A DNA stretch of 64,000 bases, from positions 32,001 to 96,000 of the IMG/VR virus record IMGVR_UViG_3300020469_000001. The stretch is one strand, 5' to 3'. This document shows, piece by piece, positions 54,833-64,000 of the stretch; the stretch's first letter is position 1, and every line of letters begins with the position of its first letter. Under the pieces are notes generated by a model, which searched no databases, was not told the DNA's origin, and saw only the letters and a list, made by a program, of their open reading frames with translations. The stretch comes from a virus. The position numbers and the translations under genes were made by a program.

Positions 54833-57086
54833 TGTAGCAATAATAGAAAAGACAATGTCAAGTACTAACTATGATAAGTACTTTGACTTTGAGCATGACA
54901 GATTTGCGTTATGTTCAGATAGTTCAAAACAGAAAATTTTGAAAAGAGATGTTGATATTGAAATCGATATCGATTCGTACGAATGGCTCATTCTTGTAGG
55001 TTCAGAGCCTTTCAAACATTTCACTAAAAAGACATCAATAACAGAGTACAATGGAAAAATAATTGATGATAGATTTTTGGCTTTGATAAACCCTGCAATG
55101 ATTAAGTTCAGACCAGAGGCAAAGAAGTCATTCGAGGAAGCCGTTGAGAGTATATCGGGATATGTAAGCGGAGAGCTTACACAGAAATCCTTAGGCGAAG
55201 ATAGATGCTTTGGTATACAAGATTCAGAACAGCTTCATGCGTACCTACAAGATGCGCTAGACCATCCAAATGATTTCGTTGCACTTGACTCCGAGACATC
55301 AGCACTATATTGCCGTGATGGCTATATGCTTGGTTTCTCTATGTCATACAAAAAAGAACATGGTGTATATGTAGATACAGAGTGTATAGATGAAAAAGCA
55401 GAACAAATGATGCAAACACTATTCAGCAAGAAACGAGTTGTATTTCACAACAGTAAGTTTGACTTGCAGTGGTTTGAGTATCATTTCAACTTTGAGTTTC
55501 CACACTTTGAAGATACTATGCTTATGCACTATATGTTTGACGAGAATCCTGGTACGCATGGTTTGAAACAACTTGCTATTAAGCATACAGACTATGGAGA
55601 TTACGAGGCAGAACTCGACAACTATATCAAAGATTATTTGAAACGCACAGGAATACTTAAAGCTAGTTTCAGTTATGATTTGATACCCTTTGAGGTAATG
55701 AAGAACTATGCTGCAATGGATGCTGTAGTTACTTTCTTATTGTTTGAAAAATTTGAGAGTGCTATATTGAAGAATGAAAAACTATATTGGGTTTACAAGA
55801 ATATTCTTATAGAGGGTGTTCGATTCTTAAAAGATGTAGAATCCAATGGCGTACCTTTTGATAAGACTCGACTAGAGTTTGGGCAAAAGAGAATGGGAGA
55901 AGATATACAAGCTGCAGTTGATGCACTTCAAGCTTTCCCAGAGGTCAAAGCATTTATAGCTGCAAAGGGTGGGTTCAATCCTAACTCTACAGTTCAATTA
56001 CGAAGTCTATTGTTTGACTACATAGGCTTAGCCCCAACGGGTAAGAAAACGGGTACTGGTGCTGATAGTACTGATGCGGAAGTATTGGGTATACTAGCAG
56101 AACAACACGAAGTACCAAAACACATTCTTGAAATTCGTCAAAAGGTTAAAATTAAGAATACATATCTTGATAAAATTATACCTAACTTGGACAAGGACAG
56201 GCGACTTAGGACGAATTTCAACCTTCATGGTACAACTTCGGGCAGACTTTCATCAAGTGGTAAACTAAACATGCAACAGCTTCCAAGAGACAATCCTACA
56301 GTAAAGGGTTGTATCAAGGCAAAGGCGGGTCATAAGATAGTTGCCATGGACTTGACAACCGCAGAAGTATATTGTGCGGCTGTACTTGCAAATGATAAAG
56401 GTCTAATGAATGTGTTTAAGTCTGGAGGAAACTTCCATAGTACGATTGCAAAGCAAGTGTTCAGACTTCCTTGTGAAGTAGAACAAGTTGCAGAGTTATA
56501 TGGAGACAAAAGACAACAAGCGAAGGCAGTTACCTTTGGTATCATGTACGGAGCTGGCCCGAAGAAAATTAGTGAGCAGGTAACTAAGGATAGTGGAAGT
56601 GTATTTAGTATGCAAGAAGCTCAATATGTTATCAAAGATTACTTTGAGGCTTTCCCTAAACTGCGAGAATGGTTGAACAACATGCAGAAGTTCATTCAAG
56701 CAAATGGTTTCATTTATTCTCATTTCGGAAGAAAGAGAAGATTACCAAATGTATTCTCGCAAGACAAGGGAATCGCTGCTCACGAAGTAAGGTCTGGAGT
56801 AAATGCACTTGTGCAGTCTGTATCATCTGACATCAACTTGCTTGGTGCGATAGATACACAGAAGTATATTCGTAAGACTGGCATGAAAGCAAAAATATTT
56901 GCGCTAGTGCATGACTCCATACTTGCTGAAGTTCCAGAAGATGAGATAGAACTATATAGTGCTAAACTAAAAGAGTTTATTCAGAAAGATAGAGGACTGT
57001 CAATACCTGACGCCCCTGTTGGATGTGACTTTGATGTTGCTGATGATTACTCACTAGGTAAGTTTGAGAAATTATACGGACTATGA
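54825..57086 (+). CDS. polA: Family A DNA polymerase with 3'-5' exonuclease (T5-like)
   Basis: LDSET, HNSKFD, YAAMD, T.SGRLSS, motif B RQQAKAVTFGIMYG and motif C VHDS. Confidence 0.95.
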   Translation: MANVAIIEKTMSSTNYDKYFDFEHDRFALCSDSSKQKILKRDVDIEIDIDSYEWLILVGSEPFKHFTKKTSITEYNGKIIDDRFLALINPAMIKFRPEAKKSFEEAVESISGYVSGELTQKSLGEDRCFGIQDSEQLHAYLQDALDHPNDFVALDSETSALYCRDGYMLGFSMSYKKEHGVYVDTECIDEKAEQMMQTLFSKKRVVFHNSKFDLQWFEYHFNFEFPHFEDTMLMHYMFDENPGTHGLKQLAIKHTDYGDYEAELDNYIKDYLKRTGILKASFSYDLIPFEVMKNYAAMDAVVTFLLFEKFESAILKNEKLYWVYKNILIEGVRFLKDVESNGVPFDKTRLEFGQKRMGEDIQAAVDALQAFPEVKAFIAAKGGFNPNSTVQLRSLLFDYIGLAPTGKKTGTGADSTDAEVLGILAEQHEVPKHILEIRQKVKIKNTYLDKIIPNLDKDRRLRTNFNLHGTTSGRLSSSGKLNMQQLPRDNPTVKGCIKAKAGHKIVAMDLTTAEVYCAAVLANDKGLMNVFKSGGNFHSTIAKQVFRLPCEVEQVAELYGDKRQQAKAVTFGIMYGAGPKKISEQVTKDSGSVFSMQEAQYVIKDYFEAFPKLREWLNNMQKFIQANGFIYSHFGRKRRLPNVFSQDKGIAAHEVRSGVNALVQSVSSDINLLGAIDTQKYIRKTGMKAKIFALVHDSILAEVPEDEIELYSAKLKEFIQKDRGLSIPDAPVGCDFDVADDYSLGKFEKLYGL

Positions 57087-57574
57087 GTTTAGTTACAGTA
57101 ATAAAGCACTATGATGAATTAACAACTGATGAACTTTATAGAGTTATTCAGTTGAGAATACAAGGTTTTATTGTAAGAAATGGAACTTGTTATCAAGATC
57201 TTGAAGCGCATTATGATAAAGAGCAGTGGTATATGATGACATATGACACAGTTCTTGGTATGCAACCGCAAGTTATGGTGGGCGTAAATGCATTGTGTAC
57301 TAATAAAGTATTTACAGGGGATGATGGTACAGAGTATCGCTACCCTGCGTTTCGTAGACAATCGTGGGTTGATGCCTACAAGGGTGGAGCATCAACCTAT
57401 GACCTTACTATCGGTAAAGAGTTTTGTGAAAAACAATTCGATAGTCCTAACATGATGTGTGAAATAACATATGAAAAAGGTAGAGATGTATTTTTAGATT
57501 TTGGTATGATAGAAGTAGGAACAAATGTAGACCCAGCAGGTAGAAGAAACTGGGTTTTTATCTATGAGGAATAG
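57083..57574 (+). CDS. ElaA-like GNAT-fold protein
   Basis: ELT..ELY....LR...F.V....YQDL. Confidence 0.65.
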   Translation: MSLVTVIKHYDELTTDELYRVIQLRIQGFIVRNGTCYQDLEAHYDKEQWYMMTYDTVLGMQPQVMVGVNALCTNKVFTGDDGTEYRYPAFRRQSWVDAYKGGASTYDLTIGKEFCEKQFDSPNMMCEITYEKGRDVFLDFGMIEVGTNVDPAGRRNWVFIYEE

Positions 57575-57881
57575 TATGAAAAAATTTATTTTATGGGTAG
57601 TGGATTGTTGGAGATTAGTAATGGATAATAGATATAATCCATTGAAACATATTCCAGACCCTAGTTTACAAATGTACTTCACATTAGTATTGTTTACAAT
57701 GTGGTCAGTATATTTTGGAGCAGTCGCAACTTATTATATGGGTTGGTATGGATATAATACAGTAACAAGTATAGTAGTTCATCTAGCCGTTTTGATTCCA
57801 TTAGGATTTACAAATGCAATATTTTTAGATGCAGAAAGAGATGGCGCACAATGGTTGAAGGACTGGAGAAACGACAAGTAA
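57564..57881 (+). CDS. Membrane protein
   Basis: VMD.RYNPL.HIPD...L..MWS; two TM segments. Confidence 0.6.
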   Translation: MRNSMKKFILWVVDCWRLVMDNRYNPLKHIPDPSLQMYFTLVLFTMWSVYFGAVATYYMGWYGYNTVTSIVVHLAVLIPLGFTNAIFLDAERDGAQWLKDWRNDK

Positions 57882-58646
57882 GTGAAAGTATTGATATTTG
57901 GTCAGTCTGGTTCAGGCAAGACTACTCTATGTAAAAACATAGTCGATATAATGGGCGATAGAGTCGTTCATATCAATGCGGATGAAGTTCGTAAAGAAGC
58001 AGATGATTGGGACTTTTCAGAACAAGGTCGTTGGAGACAGTTTAGAAGAATGTTGAACAAGGCAAATGCTGTATCAGAAAGTGGTAAAGTTGCCTTAGTA
58101 GATTTTATATGCCCATACAAGTCAGGTCGAGAGCAGTTTGATGCCGACCTGATTATTTTTATGTCAACAGTAGTGAATGGTAAGTATGAAGATACTAACA
58201 AGATATTTGAATGGCCGCACTGGAGTGAGTATGACTTCGATATACATGAGTGGGATGATGACGATCCTGTTGATGTATGTTGGACTATAGGTAAAAGATT
58301 ATGGCAAGATGATATGCCAACAGTACAAATGCTTGGTAGGTGGCAACCATGGCATGAGGGACACCAAGCCCTGCTAGATAGATGTCTAGAGAAAGCGCCA
58401 CAAGTAGATATACAAATAAGAACAATGCCTTGGGGTGACAATAACCCCTTTAGTGTACATGAAGTACAAACAAATTTAAGAAACAAACTAGCACATCTAG
58501 CTGGTATAGTATCAATATCCATAGTGCCAAATATAGTAAATATTACATATGGCAGAAAAGTAGGGTATACTATAGAACAAGAACATTTTGAGAAAGAAAT
58601 TGAAAACATTAGCGCAACAAAAATACGAAATAATACAACCGATTAG
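57882..58646 (+). CDS. cysC: Adenylyl-sulfate kinase fused to a HxGH nucleotidyltransferase domain
   Basis: GQSGSGKTT, NAD.VR, DFS..GR and FICP; then GRWQPWH.GH and ISATKIR. Confidence 0.75.
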   Translation: MKVLIFGQSGSGKTTLCKNIVDIMGDRVVHINADEVRKEADDWDFSEQGRWRQFRRMLNKANAVSESGKVALVDFICPYKSGREQFDADLIIFMSTVVNGKYEDTNKIFEWPHWSEYDFDIHEWDDDDPVDVCWTIGKRLWQDDMPTVQMLGRWQPWHEGHQALLDRCLEKAPQVDIQIRTMPWGDNNPFSVHEVQTNLRNKLAHLAGIVSISIVPNIVNITYGRKVGYTIEQEHFEKEIENISATKIRNNTTD

Positions 58647-59148
58647 TTTCAGAGCTGATGTTGAATATTTATTGGATAAAGCAAATAAACTAAAAAAGAA
58701 AGACTATACACATAAAGATGGGACAAAAGTTCCCAACTATAAGTTTGCACATTACCATGATGATGAAATAGAAGGCTTCCTAGAAACTATGCCTTTTCTC
58801 TCAAAGTGTAAATACAGAACAAGTTTTGTCTGGCTTACTAAGAATAGTGTATTGCCATGGCATACAGACAAGAATAATAAGTGTACTATAATATGGTCAC
58901 TTGCAGGTGGGTGGGATAACTCAACTACATACTTTAGACATCCAAGTCAGACTGGTGGCAACAGAGGAGACCATGATAGAAAGTGGGTATACAAAGATGC
59001 TTTAATAGATACACAGATAGAACATAAAGTAAAAGTTAGAAAAGAAGATAAAATTATGTTTAAAATATCTATAATTGATAAGGACTTCCAATGGTTAGTC
59101 AAAGAGTGGGAAACTTGCTATAAAGGATTTAAGATAAGTCGTGATTAA
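58588..59148 (+). CDS. 2OG/cupin-like protein
   Basis: LPWHTD...DT...H.V. Confidence 0.5.
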   Translation: MRKKLKTLAQQKYEIIQPISFRADVEYLLDKANKLKKKDYTHKDGTKVPNYKFAHYHDDEIEGFLETMPFLSKCKYRTSFVWLTKNSVLPWHTDKNNKCTIIWSLAGGWDNSTTYFRHPSQTGGNRGDHDRKWVYKDALIDTQIEHKVKVRKEDKIMFKISIIDKDFQWLVKEWETCYKGFKISRD

Positions 59149-59605
59149 ATTTCCAGCATACATACTTTCAGACGAGCCAGAAGAGATAGATGGATTAGTA
59201 TTGATTGGCGACCAGATAGTAGACGATAGAAATATGACTGGTAAAACACTAGGAATGAGAAGATTACAAAGCCCTATGAAAAGTATCTATCCGCTTCGTT
59301 ATCAGATTGATGATGAAATAGGAATGATGAAACATAGAGGCAAACATTTCATAGATACAAATGGAGTGTATTGGTACAATGAGAAAACAGGAACTGCCCA
59401 ACTCAAATATCATAAAATAAGAAAAGTAGAAAAGAAAGATATTGCCACAGTTGTGTGGTTAAAGGATGTTCCTTTCCCTTTTGTAGAGGCACGACCTCCG
59501 CAAGAAGGTAACTCATGGGCAGGAGTTTTGTACAAGAAAGGAATACCATGGAAGATATGGGAATACTGTGAGGAGCAGAAGAAAGATACATGGCGGAAAA
59601 TTTAG
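59141..59605 (+). CDS. Conserved T5-like hypothetical protein
   Basis: VDDRN..G.TLG.RRLQ. Confidence 0.6.
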   Translation: MIKFPAYILSDEPEEIDGLVLIGDQIVDDRNMTGKTLGMRRLQSPMKSIYPLRYQIDDEIGMMKHRGKHFIDTNGVYWYNEKTGTAQLKYHKIRKVEKKDIATVVWLKDVPFPFVEARPPQEGNSWAGVLYKKGIPWKIWEYCEEQKKDTWRKI

Positions 59606-59796
59606 TTATATTCTACAAGGCAATAACTTGGAGAATAATAGCAACAACAATAACATTTTTAATCGCTTGGGCAATACTCGGCAAAATCGAGTATGCGGCA
59701 GGCATAGCCTGGCTTGATATGTTAGTCAAGCTAGTAGCATATATGGGGCATGAAAAGATATGGTTATCAATATCGAAAAACTCAAAAGTAAGTTAG
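59590..59796 (+). CDS. DUF2061 membrane protein
   Basis: KAITWRI.AT...Y..HEKIW. Confidence 0.75.
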   Translation: MAENLVIFYKAITWRIIATTITFLIAWAILGKIEYAAGIAWLDMLVKLVAYMGHEKIWLSISKNSKVS

Positions 59797-60002
59797 AAAC
59801 AAATATAGTATTAATCACATTTGAAAGTTTAAAGTCTGGCAAAGTATATTCCAGAGAGTACACTTTAAATGAGAAATACATGGAAGTTCCTAATCATATA
59901 AAAAATCAAAGTGGAGATACTTTGATATGTTATGATGTAGAATTTAAAAAGTGGGAAGACTTACAACTTTACACTATACAACAATTTAAAGTAGTACAAT
60001 GA
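59760..60002 (+). CDS. Hypothetical protein
   Basis: 80 aa. Confidence 0.5.
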   Translation: MVINIEKLKSKLETNIVLITFESLKSGKVYSREYTLNEKYMEVPNHIKNQSGDTLICYDVEFKKWEDLQLYTIQQFKVVQ

Positions 60003-60505
60003 TAATGGTTATTAATAATTTCTTTACGGATGAACAGTGTGCCTTTTGGCGCTCTTACTGTTCTTTTGCTAGTAATAATGATAGTTTAGAAGTAGCATTA
60101 AAAGTACAAGAAGTGCCACAAAAAGTAGATAGAAATTATTACACCTTACTAAGTAAATATAACTTTATGGATGAAGTAAAGTATCTTGCAGAGAAAAATT
60201 TTAAGAAAAAGTTATATTTTCAAAAAAGAAACTATGGACATATAATGCATTATCACACTCCTGGACAAGGATTGAGGTGGCATGCAGAACCTAATATTAG
60301 TACTGTATCAGTATCTATCAACATATCAGAAGAATATGAAGGTGCTGAATTACAGTTTAGACAAGAAGATTTACAACTGCCATATAAAAGCGCAGTATTT
60401 TACGATAGTAACTTGGCACACAGAGTCAGTCCTCTTACGAGTGGTGAAAAGATGAGTATAGTTATGTGGCTACCAAATAAGGAACAATTATGTGTGGATT
60501 CGTAG
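59999..60505 (+). CDS. 2OG-Fe(II) oxygenase-like
   Basis: WHAE, YEGAEL and HRVSP..SG.K.S.V.W. Confidence 0.75.
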   Translation: MIMVINNFFTDEQCAFWRSYCSFASNNDSLEVALKVQEVPQKVDRNYYTLLSKYNFMDEVKYLAEKNFKKKLYFQKRNYGHIMHYHTPGQGLRWHAEPNISTVSVSINISEEYEGAELQFRQEDLQLPYKSAVFYDSNLAHRVSPLTSGEKMSIVMWLPNKEQLCVDS

Positions 60506-61998
60506 TAACAACTAGAAGGCATGATATAGAATACATGACCATGAGACAGAAACATCGTGGTCCAACAGATACAGGTTACTATAAAGATGGTAGGTTTGCT
60601 TACGGGCATGTTTTACTTGATGTAAATGGAGAGCATCAAGTACAACCTTACAAAACAAAGAAAGGAAATATTCTAGTATTCAATGGAGAAATGTATGATT
60701 CTAATGTTAGTAATGATACAGCTTTTCTAGGAAATGGGCTAGATTTATTCGGATATAGATTTATTGGAAGCACTGACTTTCATGGCTCGTTTGTATATCA
60801 CAATAAACAAACAAATAAATTAATCATAGTACGAGATCACTTTGGGGCAAAACCTTTGTGGATTTATAAGAAAGGTAATGATATTACTGTTAGTACTAGT
60901 TTGAGAAGTATATATTGGAAAGAAACTAATAAAGATGAATATAATATGTACATGCACAACCCTTTATGGTTAGGAACAAAGTCTCCATATAAAGATATAA
61001 TTAAAGTTGCTCCTGGTCAAATGTGGATTTATGATTTAAAGACAAACAAAATGGAACAAAAGAATCTATGGGCAAATATGAGAATTGGGTCAAAGGAAAT
61101 AGACTTGGCAGAGTTCAAAGAAAACTGTATCAATGGAATAAAAAAGGTTGCAAAGAATAAACAAAAAACAGCATTATTCCTTAGTGGAGGATTAGATAGT
61201 ACTTGTGCACTAGGTGTGCTCAAAGAAGAAGATTTGAACTTGACTGCGTACATCTGTAATTATGGTAAGGGTGGAGAGCTTTTTCACGATCATGATGGAT
61301 TTAGAAATGAGGCAAGAATGGCAGTACAAACTTGTCAAGAGTGGGGAGTTCCTTATAAAGTTGTAAATCTAAACTATGAATCTTTACATCACTATCATAG
61401 AATGTGGTTAGCACATACACACTATCCTTGGGTAGATAGAAATAGAACAGCTCCTAGATTTGCACTGTGTAAAGCGGCAAGTCGTGACGGGTGTAAAGTA
61501 GTTCTAACTGGAGATAGTGCCGATGAATTATTTACAGGATATCAACATCATGATAGATACTATGATGATGAATATAATAAAGAAACAATAGAACAATATT
61601 CTACAAGACAACAGTGGATTCCAAGACAGATATTTAGTGAAACAGACCACAAGAATAATGCTTTATGGTATGATTTAGTGAGTACATCAGAACAAAATAT
61701 ACTGACAACTGACCAAACCTGCGGTATGTGGGGATTAGAAAGCAGACCAGTATTTTTATCACAAAGTTTTGTAAGATACATGATAGGTATAGAAAGCGGA
61801 GTAAAATTCACTAAGCATCGTAAGTATCAGTTAGGGACATATAAGTATCTATTAAGAGAAGTTATGGCGGACTATTTACCAAATCATGTCCGTAACAGAA
61901 TGAACAAAACAGGGTGGTCATCCCCTTGGGATAATAACCATCCAGAGTTGACTAAGCTATGGAAGCTACAAGATTTGGAATTTATTGCAAACTTATGA
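60490..61998 (+). CDS. asnB: Asparagine synthetase B-like glutamine amidotransferase
   Basis: N-terminal MCG, HRGP, FNGE.Y, RD.FG.KPL, LSGGLDS and LTGD.ADE.F.GY. Confidence 0.88.
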   Translation: MCGFVVTTRRHDIEYMTMRQKHRGPTDTGYYKDGRFAYGHVLLDVNGEHQVQPYKTKKGNILVFNGEMYDSNVSNDTAFLGNGLDLFGYRFIGSTDFHGSFVYHNKQTNKLIIVRDHFGAKPLWIYKKGNDITVSTSLRSIYWKETNKDEYNMYMHNPLWLGTKSPYKDIIKVAPGQMWIYDLKTNKMEQKNLWANMRIGSKEIDLAEFKENCINGIKKVAKNKQKTALFLSGGLDSTCALGVLKEEDLNLTAYICNYGKGGELFHDHDGFRNEARMAVQTCQEWGVPYKVVNLNYESLHHYHRMWLAHTHYPWVDRNRTAPRFALCKAASRDGCKVVLTGDSADELFTGYQHHDRYYDDEYNKETIEQYSTRQQWIPRQIFSETDHKNNALWYDLVSTSEQNILTTDQTCGMWGLESRPVFLSQSFVRYMIGIESGVKFTKHRKYQLGTYKYLLREVMADYLPNHVRNRMNKTGWSSPWDNNHPELTKLWKLQDLEFIANL

Positions 61999-63275
61999 AG
62001 GCAGTATACTCTAACAGAATCTATCTTTCTGTAGATACAAAAACAAGTTCGGATATCGAAAAGGAGCTTACATATACAATAGCACCGCGTATTCCGACTG
62101 ACCCACCTATCGTGTTCAAAACAATACGATGGATAAAAGAGGGATTGATTTCCATACCAATGGGTAGAGAGGATTTAGTCCCATCAGATTACGAGATTAT
62201 CGACAAGCGAGTAACATCGCCAGTCGAACTACCTGACTTTGCGTACACTTTACGACCTTCCCAGCAGAAGGTACATGACGAGGTACAAGACAATGCGATA
62301 GTTAACGCATGGGTAAGTTGGGGAAAGACAATAACGGCTTTGGCTATAGCTAAGAAGTTAGGTCAGAAAACATTAGTTGTTACCCACACAACTAACTTAA
62401 GAAATCAGTGGGAAAAAGACGTACAAAATTGTTTTGGAATACAAGCAGGGAGAATCGGGTCAGGTAGCTTTGATACTTCGTCCCCAATCGTTGTCGGGAA
62501 TATCCAAAGTTTGTACCGAAAAATGGACGACATCAAACAAGTTTTCGGAACTGTGATTTTAGACGAGATGCACCATGTTAGTAGTCCGACTTTTACTCGG
62601 ATTGTTGATGAAATGCCTTGTCGTTATAAGATAGGTTTGACAGGAACACTAGAAAGAAAGGATGGACGCCATGTGGTTTTTAGAGATTACTTTGGTCACA
62701 ATGTAATGAAACCACCAAAAGAAAATTACATGACTCCTAGGATTGATGTAATTAAGTCCGAGATACGCTTCCTTGATGGTGCGTATACGCCTTGGGCAGA
62801 AAGAATAAATCATCTTGCATTTAATGAGGAATATGTTCATAGTGTAAGTATGATTGCTGCAAAATATGCCGCACAAGGACACAAAGTTTTAGTAGTGTCT
62901 GACAGAGTAGCTTTTCTAAAGGCATGCTCTGAATTGTGTGGCGATAAAGCAGTTTCCATAACAGGAGATATGGAGTTTGCTGAAAGAGATAAAGTAATGA
63001 ATCAAATAAAGAAAGATAAAAATATTTTGTTTGGTACACAGTCTATATTCTCAGAAGGCATATCATTGAACGATTTAAGTTGTTTAGTGTTGGGTACACC
63101 AATAAATAATGACCCTCTGCTAACACAGCTAATCGGTAGAGTAATAAGAGAGAAGGAAGGAAAACAACAACCTGTGGTTGTAGACATTCATCTCAAAGGA
63201 AAAACGGCAGCCCGTCAAGCAAATGCAAGACTGGGCTACTACATGAAACAAGATTACGAGGTAAATATACTATGA
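61995..63275 (+). CDS. SF2 DNA helicase (T5 D10-like)
   Basis: LRP.Q, WGKT, DEMHH, LTGT.ERKDG and Q.IGR; start reassigned to MKAVYSNRIY. Confidence 0.9.
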   Translation: MKAVYSNRIYLSVDTKTSSDIEKELTYTIAPRIPTDPPIVFKTIRWIKEGLISIPMGREDLVPSDYEIIDKRVTSPVELPDFAYTLRPSQQKVHDEVQDNAIVNAWVSWGKTITALAIAKKLGQKTLVVTHTTNLRNQWEKDVQNCFGIQAGRIGSGSFDTSSPIVVGNIQSLYRKMDDIKQVFGTVILDEMHHVSSPTFTRIVDEMPCRYKIGLTGTLERKDGRHVVFRDYFGHNVMKPPKENYMTPRIDVIKSEIRFLDGAYTPWAERINHLAFNEEYVHSVSMIAAKYAAQGHKVLVVSDRVAFLKACSELCGDKAVSITGDMEFAERDKVMNQIKKDKNILFGTQSIFSEGISLNDLSCLVLGTPINNDPLLTQLIGRVIREKEGKQQPVVVDIHLKGKTAARQANARLGYYMKQDYEVNIL

Positions 63276-64000
63276 GTAATGAAAAAACAATACAGTTAAA
63301 TATTGAGGAAATGCGCAAGAATAAAGTATTTCTTGCTACACCTATGTATGGTGGTATGTGCAATGGACTTTATACTAAGTCTTTAATGGACACTACTGCA
63401 GTATGTATGAATCACGGATTGCAGTTGCAAATTTACTATATGTTTAACGAATCACTTATTACTAGAGCTAGAAACTATTGTGTTGCTAACTTTCTTAAAA
63501 GTGATGCAGAGTACCTACTTTTTGTAGATAGCGATATAGCTTGGAATGCAATGGACTTACTTTATATGTGGCATTTACTTGCTACAAGAAAGGAAGAATT
63601 AAAAGTTTTCTGTGCATTATATCCTAAGAAAACTATTGCATGGGAGAAAGTACTTAGAGCAGCAAAAACAGGGTTATATGACGAAGACCCTATGGCACTA
63701 GAAAAAGTTGCAGGAGATATGGTGTTTAATCCTTTACCAGATGAGCATCCAGATGGGCAAGCCCCTATCTACGAACCTGTAAAAATAAAAGAAGGTGCAA
63801 CAGGATTTATGTTTATACATAGGTCTGTCTTTGAAGAATATGACCAGCATCACCCTGAAAGACTATACACTCCTGACCATATAAGAGAAGGAGAGTTTGA
63901 GACTGGTGAGCAAATAATGGCATACTTTGATTGCATAATCAATGAACAGAACAGATATCTTAGTGAAGATTATATGTTCTCTGAAACTGTAAGAAATTTT
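63272..64000 (+). CDS. Glycosyltransferase-like protein (partial, runs off the window)
   Basis: ATPMYGG.C, ESLITRARN, LLFVDSDI, ATGFM.I and YLSEDY. Confidence 0.75.
   Translation, partial: MSNEKTIQLNIEEMRKNKVFLATPMYGGMCNGLYTKSLMDTTAVCMNHGLQLQIYYMFNESLITRARNYCVANFLKSDAEYLLFVDSDIAWNAMDLLYMWHLLATRKEELKVFCALYPKKTIAWEKVLRAAKTGLYDEDPMALEKVAGDMVFNPLPDEHPDGQAPIYEPVKIKEGATGFMFIHRSVFEEYDQHHPERLYTPDHIREGEFETGEQIMAYFDCIINEQNRYLSEDYMFSETVRNF

Noticed and set aside
1-64000. Alternative genetic code, integrase, reverse transcriptase/retron, introns or inteins
   Set aside because: Core genes are intact under the standard code; no such motifs or interruptions were seen in polymerase, helicases or terminase.

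Overview
This is a 64-kb piece of a T5-like (Demerecviridae-related) tailed phage genome, AT-rich and probably aquatic or marine. The host cannot be determined from sequence alone. 1-19.4 kb (minus strand) is the late head/packaging module: tail-completion, head-completion, a prohead protease fused in frame to the major capsid protein, portal, HNH nuclease and TerL. TerS lies about 11 kb from TerL. Between them sit small K/R-rich proteins, a curli-type secretion/signalling cassette (CsgF, CsgG, curlin-like, FecR, CHASE2-adenylate cyclase) and IscU/IscA. 19.4-26 kb resembles a T5 terminal-repeat/pre-early region: an exonuclease plus HAD-phosphatase block bracketed by inverted Y-shaped palindromes, then GC-rich repeats with DnaA boxes. 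It also contains a dense island of apparently non-coding transcripts behind consensus sigma70 promoters: a ~260-nt GGA-rich RNA, an anticodon-less tRNA mimic, an ~80-nt RNA and a ~900-nt highly base-paired RNA. 26-64 kb (mostly plus strand) carries early/replication genes: A2/D2/D3/D5-like DNA-binding proteins, split NAD ligase, DnaB, DnaG, PolA and a D10-like helicase. It also carries bS21, Hsp20, lysis genes and many modification enzymes (2OG-Fe oxygenases, glycosyl-, sulfo- and carbamoyl-transferases, APS kinase, AsnB, QueC-like, radical SAM). All calls come from motif recognition by eye; no database searches or folding programs were run.
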